From positions 1 to 21,000 of the forward strand of contig JAKLZA010000149.1 in NCBI GenBank assembly GCA_030704615.1: DNA of 21,000 bases, written 5' to 3'. The stretch comes from Takakia lepidozioides (Eukaryota; Plantae; Bryophyta). Position 1 is the first letter of the stretch; each line of letters starts with the position of its first letter. The position numbers and the translations under genes are program-made. This document shows positions 9,581-20,064 of the stretch, one piece after another. Under the pieces are notes generated by a model, which saw nothing but the letters and a program-made list of their open reading frames with translations, was not told where the DNA came from and made no database searches.

Positions 9581-11736
9581 ACTCGGTGGCATTTCCGCCC
9601 CTCCTACAATCCTTGTCTGCACACACCCTCTCAAAAACGAGACCATATTCTGAAATCCTGGGGTGTCGGAAGGCTCTTCGGCAGTCGCCTTCTTCAGTGC
9701 TCTGCCCTTCAGACCCTCCATGGTCTTCATGTATGCCAACTTGGCTGCCCGTCCATCCAAAGCCGCCAAGAAACTCTCATTTACACACTGGACTACAGTT
9801 TCGGGAGCCACTTTCGGCCTCTTCATTTCCACCGGCTCGAAAGGGTGCCCCAAAAGAGTGCCTTCTTTGCCGAGCCAGTTCTCGTGCCTCTCGTGACAAC
9901 GGTGGGCACAGGGGAGGCAGCCTGCGTTTGGGGGGGTGGCTGGTTGCAAAGTCTCCATCGGAGTCCTCTTCCTCACCCTCTTCCTGAACAGGCTGTTTCT
10001 GCTTCTTCGTTTTGGCGGGTGTCACAACAGCTGCTCCTTGCTGGCGAGTCCTCTTCTTCGACCCCTTCTGTTGGGCCTGCACAGCTGCATCCACCGTCTT
10101 TTGTGCCATCTCAGCTGCCTTTCTGGATTTCCCAGAGCAGCAGATTCCTTTGCCGACTTTGGCCCAGCAGGGACACGTCTTTCCTTTCTCTTCTCTTCTG
10201 CCAAGGCGTGCAGATCTTTCTCAGACTCGTCAACAATACCGCCAGACATGTCCAGGTACCACGGGCATCCAACGAGATGCGCGGGATGCCATTGTTTCTG
10301 CATCTCGGGTGTGTAGACACAGCTTGGGCCCGCCACGGTCCAAGCCATGAAGAACGGGGGCTCTTGAGCCAGGGCCCCTGTCTGAAGGAGCACGTATTTC
10401 ATATACCTGCAAGGCAGTCAGCATGCGTGAGCAAAAGTTGAGACCAACCTACTGGCAGAGTGCCACCGAAAACATAAAATGCGAATGCGGTGCCGCATTT
10501 CCGAGACAAACCTCGTAACCAGGCTTCGCATACAAGGGCAGCTGTGCTTCACCTGTAAACAATTCGCATTGCAGCTTTCCCCGCTCCCTCCTGATGTGTA
10601 AACTCCACGCTCCTTCTTGCTGTCTGTAGCTCTCTGGCGAAAAGGTTGTCCTTGTACGCACATCTGAAACGTGTCACGTAGTCTTCCAATGTCTGTGTTC
10701 CATCCCATTTGACGTACAAGCCGAACGAATTTGTGTGCATTACGACTTGCTCCTTCGCATTCGACATTACCTGCGATTCCCAAATGCATTCACGTAGCAG
10801 TTCAGGGAATTCATGTCAGAAAAGCAAATCTGGGGAAGTACCTTGAATTACCTGGAACCACCAAGTCATACGGTTGAGCCACACATCCACTGCAGGGTCG
10901 GAAACTTCCAGTGGAAAAGACCACATTGTCCTTATGCTCTCGGATGCATTCCAGATCGACAGCCACCGTGTCTGCCATTTCCGATCCAATGTCAGGGCTG
11001 GAAGAGAGTGGCTATTGCTAGGAAGGAACTTCAGTGCATTGAAACCTCACCTTCTCTTTCGCCTCCACACATGCCGTTGAGAGGTGATGCAGTTTTCTCC
11101 AATTGCATGGTCGGCTGCATGGCCCGAGAATAGTGTTTTGCAATCTCGGGGATGAAGTCCTTTCCAAGTGCCGGATCTGCAATTGCCACCAGCTTCACAA
11201 GCTTTGACTTGTATTTGGTTCTGGACTTGACACCGGCTTCCTTCAAGTGCTCAGTCAATGACTGCAACGTTTTTGACCTGCCCCTCACTTTCCATGAAGA
11301 AGCGTTTGGCATGGGCCAAATCCAGCTTGATGTTTGACTGCCAACAAAAACATGCAGAAGCGTTACATTCGATTCATGTGGAAACATTACTGGAAATTGG
11401 GGAAGGATGAGCAGAGGGAAATTGGAGCACGACTTACTTCGTATATCACCTCCACCATTCCATCCATAGTGAGACGATACCATGTCCGGTCTTTTTTGCA
11501 ACGGCTTCTGAATGAGCTCGGCTCCAGCATTTCCGCAAACATCTGCGGATCAGTAAGACCAGTTTTCCTCACCCTGTACAGCATATGTGCCATGTGGGTA
11601 TGCACGTACGCATTCTCAGTGACCCTGCAAGGCACACTCTCCAGTTCAGTACACGGAAGCACGGAAACAAACCAGAATGGAAACCGAAATGCGGCACCGC
11701 ATTTCGAATGTGCTAGGGAGGGTATGAGTATCTTAC

Positions 11737-12250
11737 GAGTTGAGGTCCGCCATGGCATTCTTGAGCAGGGAGGAGTCTGCCGCCTTCACCTTGAGGATGA
11801 CACACTCCACCATGTAATGCCAGCCAATGTGCTTGGCATGGTTCTGCTTGATGTACTCCCACCAGGCGAGAAGTCGGTGATTCCCGTCCCACACAAAGAA
11901 CATTTTACCCGACATATGGCCGAAGTCGGGATCACCCTTCAGCGTCGCCTCGAATTCGTGGTTGCGAGTGTGCCAGTGGGTATCCCACGTTGACAATTCA
12001 TCGGCAGTGGGTCCACGGGTTTCGCCGTCCTCATTCTCATGGAAACGTAAAACGCTGCCGATCCCAGACGGTACCCTTCTCGAAATGCGAACTTGAGCTT
12101 ATCCACATCTCCGGGAAGGGCCTGCCTGACGATGGGAAGGGAGACCATGCGACAGAGTGGGATTCGAAGAGTCCGCTGGAATACCCTGCTGCCCAGAACT
12201 CTGCCAATGCTACTGTGTGTCTCCTCCAACATTTTATCCGCTGCACTTTT
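11737..12250 (-). other. ParB/Sulfiredoxin-like domain exon segment
   Basis: ORFs 11939..12355 and 11733..11996 joined by a frameshift near 12010 contain the hydrophobic-x-x-DG-x-HR signature. Confidence 0.75.
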
Positions 12251-13602
12251 GAAATCCTCCGGAGACATGTCTGTAGGTGCCGGTAGTGGCTGAGCAGCTG
12301 GAGCATCCTCAACTGGAGCTGCACTCTGGGGCCTGTGTGCGGGCAATTCTGCCATTGCAGAGGCCTCCTCCGGGCCTGCTAGCTCATCGGTGGTGAGGTC
12401 TGCTGCGAACGTTCAGCGGCAGCACCCTCCTCCGGTACCAAATCGAGATCAACGGTCGATCCCATTGCCTTCGCTGCAGCAGAGTCGGCCCCAACATCTG
12501 CAGGCGGGAAATCCTCCAGGAACTGAGCTTCAGCTCGTGGAAGCGGTTTTGCGGGAGATTGTTCGCCGTCGCCCTGATTGCCTTCTGCTTCCTCATCCTT
12601 GCAGGTGAAGGTGTCTGCTGCAATTGAATCTGTCTTCTACCCTGCTGCTTCATTCGCGTTGGGGGGGTGAATCGGCCTGAGCCGGTTCAGAAGCCAGTAG
12701 AGGGACGGGCTGCTTCTTCTTCGACTTTGCTGGAGAAAGGGCCCGACCCCTGCTGGCGATTCTCCATGACGAAGAACGCGAGTCGATCTCTGGACTTTGA
12801 ACTTGCCCTTCGAAGACGCGTCTTTGAATCGCAGAGGGCTAGGCCCGGCAGGAATACCCGCGCTCGGGGATCGGGTGGGTGTACGTGCTGCAGCTAGCTC
12901 CTCGGACTCTTCCTGCGGCTCTTCGGATTCCTGCGATCCCTCCAGCACGTCCACCTTTCCTGTTAGGCATGCAAACATGTTCTGCATTCAAGTCTCCTAG
13001 CATTCAGTCTAAGAATTACAGAAGCAAAATGGGGGGTTCGGTGCTCGATCAGCTGCGCGCAGCCCGATCGCATGGAGCTCTCACTGGTGGCTGGGTTGCC
13101 TGAGTGGCCTGCTGCTCGGAGATGGCAATCTCCTCCTGTAGACGCATCTGCTTCCTCCCCTTCGGCATTGGCCTACGTCCGAAGTATAATTTCCGGAGCT
13201 TGCGACGAGGTCTCCTGTCTGGTGCACGAACTCCCCCCCTCTCAGGTTCGAGCATAAGAAGAACAGAGAGAGGGAAAAGGGGCAAAGAGTGCAGATGGAA
13301 AGGGCGCGAGAGGGGTGACTGAGGAGACACGACAAAAGTAGATGAACGGCGGTGATGCACCACTTGGGTTCGAAAGGTTTGGACGAAAGTGTCTCCTCGT
13401 GGAGTTTGCGTCATTACGAAATTCGAATCGTTGAGGGTACGCCTGCCGTCCGAAAAACAAACATCATTATCCAACGGTCAGGCCGCGCCGCCTCATGCCC
13501 CTTCAGTCAGATAGAGTGCCGACATGTGCAGCAATTCCGTTGCTCCACGTGTTCACATTTCAAGGCATTTCCGTCCCAGCGTCTGATGAGTTGGAGCGAA
13601 AT

Positions 13603-15187
13603 GCGAATGCGGCGCCGCATTTCCGTTAAGTACGGCTACACATCCGTACTTGTTGGAAGAAAATGCGGCACCGCATTTCCGTTCCACCTTCACATACCTT
13701 AGTTGTTGAACGGAAATACGGTGCCGCATTTCCGTCCCACAGCTCCATGTATGAGATTCAAAGGGAAATGCGGCGCCGCATTTCCGTTCCCACTTCACAT
13801 ACGTTAGTTGATGAATGGAAATGCCGTGCCACATTTCCGTTCGGGAAAGTATAGAGGTCTCACCTGGACAGAAATGCGGTGTCGCATTTCCGGTCTGGAA
13901 AGTTGAAGGTCTCACATGGATGGAAATGCGGCACACATTTCCGTAGCACAGCTCCAGGCCGAATATACAAAACGGAAATGCGGCGCCGCATTTCCGTTCG
14001 AGAATGTCGGAAGGTGCGACTCGAACGGAAATGCGGTGCCGCATTTCTGTACCCGTTGCGCACGATTTTCAGTCAGAATGGAAATGCGGTACCGGCGCAT
14101 TTTCGTTCCACAGCTCCATGCCTCACATACAAAACGGAAATGCGGCCCGCATTTCCGTTTTGGAATGTCGGATGGTGGGACTCCGACGGAAATGCGGTAC
14201 CGCATTTCAATTCCGATGTTTCAGGATATTTCATCAGAACGGAAATGCGGTGCCGCATTTTTTAATCTAATACATTCCGTTCTGGAATGTTGGGAGGTGC
14301 GACTCGGATGGAAATGCAGTTCCGATGGATTTTCAGTCAGAACGGAAATGCGCCGCATTTCCGTTCTGGATTGCGACTCGGATGGAATTGCCGCATTTCA
14401 GTTCCGATGGTTCACGATTTTCAGTCAGAACGGAAATGCGGTGCCGCATTTCCGTTCTGGAATGATGGTAGGTGCGACTCGGATGGAAATACGGTGCCGC
14501 ATTTCAGTTCAGATAGTTCACGATTTTCAGTCAGAACGGAAATGCGGTGCCGCATTTCCGTTCTGGATAGTGTGAATGTCTCAACCGGTCGGAATTGCGC
14601 TGTATGAAGCTGTCGGAATCTTACTCGGCTCCAGGCATCAGATACAAAATGGAAATGCGGCGCCGCATTTCCTTTATGGAATGTCGAAAGTGCGACTCGA
14701 CGGAAATGCGGTGCCGCATTTCTGTTCCCGTTGTTCATAATTCTCAATCAGAACGGAAATGCGGTACCGCATTTCCGTTCCACCTTCACATACCGTGCTT
14801 GTTGAATGAAATGCGGGCATTTCCGTTCTGAGAGTATGAATGTCTTTTAAGGACGGAAATGTGCTGCAGCATTTCTATCCCTCAGCCATGCATCAGATAC
14901 AAAATGGAAATGCGGCGCCGCATTTTCTGGAATGTCGAAAAGTGCGACTCGGACGGAAATGCGGTGCCGCATTTCTGTTCCCGTTGTTCATAATCTCAAT
15001 CAGAACGGAAATGCGGTACCGCATTTCCGTTCCACCTTCACATACCGTGCTTGCTGGATGGAAATGCGTTACCGCATTTCCGTTCTGGAGAGTATAAAGG
15101 TTTCCCCCGGACGGAAACTCGGTGCCGCATTTCCGTCGCTCTGTTGCATGACCAAGATGCAATACGGAAATGCGGCGCCGTATTTCC
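13603..15187. repeat. Phased array of ~30 copies of the 22-bp palindrome GGAAATGCGG-NN-CCGCATTTCC with ~30-31-bp variable spacers
   Basis: Copies start at 13659, 13712, 13764, 13817, 13870, 13922, 13974, 14027, 14080 ... 14432, 14485, 14538 ... 15007, 15060, 15113, 15166; the period is mostly 52-53 bp. Confidence 0.95.
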
Positions 15188-15614
15188 GTCCACCAGCAAT
15201 CGAAAGAATCACTCGGACGGGAAATCTGGAACCTCAATGGTTGCATTGTTCCGAAACAACACAATTGCGGCCAGTCTTGATGAGCACAACTTGGTTGTCT
15301 GACCGTTTTAACCAGCAGTCCTGGCACTTGTCAGTGCGAACGTTCCTGTCTGCACCGAGAATACTGCTGGATCCACCCTCAGGAGAAACTGTCAGGAGAT
15401 GTTATTTCGTCGCCGAATCGGCCATCATTGTCCTACTCACTGGCTATGGAATCAAACCTCCCACCTTCATGCATGTAGCTTGAAACAATACTTTCCACTT
15501 CAATGTGCGACTTCCAATCGTCGATGGACTCCGCAGATCCACTTAGATGGTGCCTGTGAGCCTTGGTCTGTCGCTATACTGAACCTCGCACTTGCCAACT
15601 CCGTGCGGTGTTCG

Positions 15615-18600
15615 ATGGCTCCGAATTCCTACGCTATAGTTTGCTGTCCTCCGCAACTTGGGAGAGCCTGGATCCCAAACGAGGGAGGACTTTGCAGAGT
15701 GACTGAAACTTACCTTTGTTCCAAATTCAAGCTCAAACCGGGCACAGTTTATTTGGAAGAAGAAAGGAAGGATGTTCCTGGACAGGTTGACGAGACCATT
15801 GTCGTGCTAGGTAACGACGGAGGTTGCGGAATCGAATGGCACGTTCCCCCGTCAGACACCATCCTGTACCGAGCTGTGGGAATGCCCATTCCCTTTCCGA
15901 ATCAGTCGCTGCCCACACCATCCACAAAGGAGTCCGGAAACCGAGAGGCGGCCACTGCCAACAGAGAGGTATGCAACGATAATCATTCCCGACCTGGACC
16001 GTCAAGACCCTCCATAGCTTCTCGTGTGGACGTATTCGACATTTCCGACGAGGAAGATGATTGCATTGAGGTACCCATGTCCTCCACACGGTCGTTCAAA
16101 TCCGGCATGGACGTCTCTGTAGGTGCTACGCATGTGCCCTCGAGCATAACTCCAACCCGGTCCATTGTGCAGCTCCTACGACAACATCACCTCGATGGTT
16201 CTCGCTCCGAGCTGGCTGCTCTCGACTATGCCAAATTCCCAGTCAGAAAGGTAACTTTTCTGCCTCCCGAAGTCGATGGCAATGTCATCTTCGAGTTTCC
16301 ACCTGTTTCTTCGTCAAAGAAAGCCTCCGGGATGTTAACAGACATGGATCGAAAGCATGACGGACACCCCTGGTGTGTGACGAAGACCAGTAGCACGAAA
16401 ATTGCTGATGGTGTTCGTGTACGATATGTCCTCTGTGCGGGGAAGCTGAGGTGCCTCAATCCCACCTGCTTCCACTTTCTCTCCAAAGGAGGGGGAGAAA
16501 CGAGACGGATTGGACTGGCACAACGCATCATCCATTCATTGTCTCCAGCCAAGCTCCTGCGGGTTCTTTCAAGTGTGCACATTGCAAAGAACCACCGACG
16601 TGCATGTCCATGTGCAGAGCCAAGCAATATTACGTAATCCATTTGCTCCCGGACTTGACTAGAGCTTGCATACACGTTGGGGTCCACTGCCACCCCTTGG
16701 CGAGAGGCAACATGCGTGAGGCTGTGCAGGAAGCACACGACATCATAAAAGAGGAGGTGAAATTGAGCCCCGGAGCCAGACCAAAGCAGATTCAGCTGAA
16801 GGCAGCCCACAAGATTGCTCTTGGCAAAATCATGTCTGAAGATGGTTCCGACCGAGAGCCCTTGACCGAAGACGAGATGCGTGACCTCTTGGAGTCCGTC
16901 TCGCACGTTTGTAGTCCGAATGTGCGGAATCACATCGTATCTTGCAAGCAGGAGTTCGGCAGGGGGTCGGACATGTACTCAATCCTGGAGGTGAAACGAA
17001 TGACTGGATATGACTACATCCAAGGTAGCAGGTTTCCAGGGCAAGGCAGCGAATCCGATCGTTGTTACATTTTCAAAATGTCGACGTGTGGGCCTGGGAG
17101 TGGAGTCGACTTGGTCACTCGCATGACAACTGGAAACTTGTCGAATGCTTGGGTGATGTTTGATCACATCAAGCGAATTACAAACCATCAGTGGGTGACT
17201 ATGGGTGCGCATGTTTATGACTATCACTCCAAGAGGCTCATGACGATTGCAATCTGCGAGATGAAAGGGGAGGACACACAGTCCGAGATGCATCTGTGGG
17301 AGGGCATAAACCAGCAGATGGCAAGGGCGGGATTGCCAGAGCCCAATTTCAGGGGATTCATGGCAGACAACGCTCAGGCCAACTGGGCAGCGGTGCGGCG
17401 TGTGTACGGTGAGGACCCCAATGTTCCAATGGAGGGGAAAGAGAGATCCTGTGGATTCCATTGGATGCAGAGTCTATCCCACTACACTACCAAATTTGTT
17501 GCTAGCTCATTCCAGGCTGAACACCGTGTCCTTTGTACGGCGTGGAAGGATGCACCCACATTTGATGACGCGGAGGTTAAGTTTGCTATCATCGAGGCTT
17601 GGTGGAACACGTCAGGTGCAGTGGAGACAACCAATCTGGGAGCATTGCACAGCTGGTTGGGGTGGTGGCATTTTCGGTATCGACAGTTCGGACAGTACAT
17701 GCGGGAGGTAGGCTGCTGTCATTTTCGTTCATTTGTCTTTCTGTTACGGACATTTCGATTGGTCCCTCACCATTGTTTGTCCTTCTAGGAGCGGTGCTTG
17801 GATTCCGACACGGACATGCCGAACACGAATATGGCAGAATCGGTCCACTCCTCCTGGCGAGCGTCTTCTGCCGCACATCTGGTGGACGTAGTGACGGCCA
17901 CAACGGAGGACATCGACAGAGCAATCATGCAGCAAGCCACGTACTACAAGTTCCTGAGCGGCAAACAATGGGGCTTTGGGCCGGACAGGGAGGAATTGTT
18001 GGTACGAACAGCTTCGAGGTCCAAGAATCCAGTGAAATGGGCGACAGCATTGCGAGAGAAGATCAAAGGGACGCCTCTGCACCGCAGAGGTGAACACCTA
18101 GAGGGGGACGTCCGGACTCGCCCTGTCAGGCGGAGGATTGAAGAGGAACCCGGGTGCGAAGAGGATTCCTGGAGATCCGACAGGAACATTCGGACAGCAC
18201 CTCGAGGTCCCGTCATGTTGCCGCACAATGTGTCTTCCAGCAGTGGAAGCCCAAGAAATTCCAGATCGCCGTCGCCTTCAACCGGGGATTTCGTGCAACA
18301 AATTCCCACCGCTCCCTTGCCCCACATTCCGCCCGCTGTTATGCAGTATGGCCAAGCCATTGTGGAGACGACTGTGTCTGCCTCACACCAGTGGAAGAAT
18401 TGCTGAACAAAGCCGTCGTTTCGAGGAAGGTGTTCCGCAATTCGTGTGGATACACGGCAACGTTGTTAGAGATGATAAGGAGGAATCCAGATGGGGCTGT
18501 CCCTGCTCCTACTTTTACAGGAAGATTTGTCCATGCAAAGTTTGCGGAGCGACAACCCCACCCAGTCTGGTTCTGCAGGCACGACATTATGACTTGCGTG

Positions 18601-19219
18601 TATGGAAAGCCCAAGTACGGCATACAGACAATGCCAGAGGCTCCCCCGGTGTGCCGGTGGAACCAGGCTGCGATCTGAGTCAGGTTGAGGCCGACGCCCT
18701 TACCGCCGCAGGATTTCGGATGGTGCAGCGCACTGACGTGCCCAGACAACCATTTCCGCTTCCACAGCCTCCACCACCGACCCCTGTGAGAGCAAGAACA
18801 ATGGGACACGACAGCTCTAAGCATCCTACACACCGTTGGGGAAACCGAAGAGGCGGCGACCTCCCTCAAAAGTGAACGAGACAAGGATGGGGAATGCACT
18901 TCGGATGAACTGTACAATCCAGAGCTCGACAGAAGTGCCCCCACCAGGATTCGGGCGTGTGTATCAGATGGCCACGGCGGGCTCAGCTGTTCGCAATGAG
19001 GTGTACACCATCACCATTTCAGAATTACCCACCTGCAATTGCACCGACTTCCAGATCATGGCGAACAAGGGGGCATCATACTGCCCTTGCAAGCATTTGT
19101 ACTACGTGTACCTAAAGAGACTCCGTTGTAATTCCACAACTCATCACTTCATACATGCACCAGGGTTGAGCCCCCAGGAGGTTCACACTCTTCTGAATAT
19201 GGATCCAGGGGACCAGTGA
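15615..19219 (+). pseudogene. MULE/Mutator-family DDE transposase with GCM-like zinc-binding N-terminal domain and C-terminal SWIM finger (frameshifted as sequenced)
   Basis: The GCM/WRKY-like region is DGHPW...CAGKLRC...C...CAHC...C...HVGVHCHP. The catalytic core reads VMFD, FMADNAQANWAAVRRVY, CGFHWMQ and NTNMAESVHS. The SWIM finger is CNCTDF...CPCKHLYYV. There is a phase-0 intron at 17708-17788 and frameshifts near 16491, 18397, 18652 and 18840. Confidence 0.9.
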
Positions 19220-19933
19220 GCTTGGCTTGCGGTCCACATACAATGGTACGCCCATCGGATAGTAGAACTGTACTGCTGCCAGTACCTCAGACTCTGGCCA
19301 CACAAAGGTCCGACATATGTCTTGCCTACCAGTAACCTGTTTTGATCGAACTAAGATATTACTATATCGTTCACTTGTTTCCACGTGCATGTATTTTTGT
19401 ATGTTGGAGGGTTCATGTTTTTCTGCTTTCCGAAAACTTGCTCTCCTCATTCGACCTCCGACAAGGAAATGCGGCGCCGATTTCCAAGTATCGTCGTAGG
19501 TACCCCCAGAGGCGGCCTTCGCCAACACCAAACCGCTCCGAAATTTCGCACGTGCGAACCCTAATGCGGCCCACCTATTTCCCAGTTCAGTTGCAAACCT
19601 TTCCGCCGAATACCCGAAGAAGACAGAATTGTGAAGTACTGCATACTGTATTGGTGCAGACTCCATTGGTTCAATCGCGGCAAAAGGGTCAGCTTCATTC
19701 CAATGTTAAGGCATGTAAAACCGCGGAATACTCTATACAGGCCAGTATGCGACGTCCTTTTGCAGTGGTATACTGGATTTCCCGTTGCACGGTCACTTAT
19801 TTCCATGAGCGGATCTATAAAACCATGAGCGGACTTGTTACTGACGACATATCTTCGCCGCATTACATGATCTGGAACGTCCAAAAACGGCAAGGTCAAA
19901 TAAAAAACTATTATTTTAATACTTGTTTAATCT

Positions 19934-20064
19934 GCCGCATTTCCAAATTTGGAGGAGTCCGCTCATGAAATCCGCGTATCTTAGACTTCGGCTCACCGCT
20001 CATGCGGCTCATGCGGCTCATGGCTCATGGATCATGGTTTCTGCTCATGAAATAGTAAACCTCC
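19934..20064 (-). repeat. Right imperfect terminal inverted repeat with tandem GCTCATG units
   Basis: The reverse complement reads GGAGGTTTACTATTTCATGAGCAGAAACCATGATCCATGAGCCATGAGCCGCATGAGC...AGTCTAAG...CATGAGC...GGAAATG, paralleling 5602-5705. Confidence 0.8.

Larger units (their letters stand above)
8656..13168 (-). pseudogene. Spliced gene for a ParB/Srx-like domain fused to a beta-class N4-cytosine/N6-adenine DNA methyltransferase-like domain (frameshifted as sequenced)
   Basis: ParB-type motifs are RIPLCRM...VRQALPGDVDKLKFAF and FFVWDGNHRLLAW (DGNHR at 11874-11888). A motif IV-like CDMIILDIPDG (9546-9557) precedes motif X-I-II-like RTRSPAFIQTIMETCTDVEGTVLDLICGT|GASMWAGRFSDRHLFAYEED. Six GT-AG introns join in frame: 11625-11736, 11338-11437, 10771-10851, 10407-10552, 9218-9299, 8855-8954. 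The 5' start (13168 or 13255) and 3' stop (8656 or 8580) are uncertain. Confidence 0.8.
5602..20064. mobile_element. ~14.5-kb Mutator-like (MULE) DNA transposon carrying a ParB-methyltransferase gene and palindrome arrays
   Basis: Inverted termini share CTATTTCATGAGC (5610-5622 and 20043-20055) and CATGAGC subrepeats. An internal MULE DDE/SWIM transposase is present, and the 22-bp palindrome is confined to this interval. Exact termini are uncertain by a few bp and no TSD was found. Confidence 0.8.

Noticed and set aside
9076-10441. Plus-strand ORFs opposite the methyltransferase gene
   Set aside because: Antisense shadows; motifs and splice signals are all on the minus strand.
8656-13168. 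Bacterial contamination or prophage origin for the ParB-MTase
   Set aside because: The gene has multiple frame-consistent spliceosomal introns and lies among plant-type transposons.
13603-15187. CRISPR array (palindromic repeats with ~31-bp spacers)
   Set aside because: Spacers recur as diverged families in higher-order blocks, repeats are degenerate and also scattered elsewhere, there are no cas genes, and the context is eukaryotic with introns.
13553-15483. Numerous ORFs with MRRRIS / KCGAAF / GNAAPHF repeats
   Set aside because: They are translations of the palindrome in all six frames, with no consistent frame.
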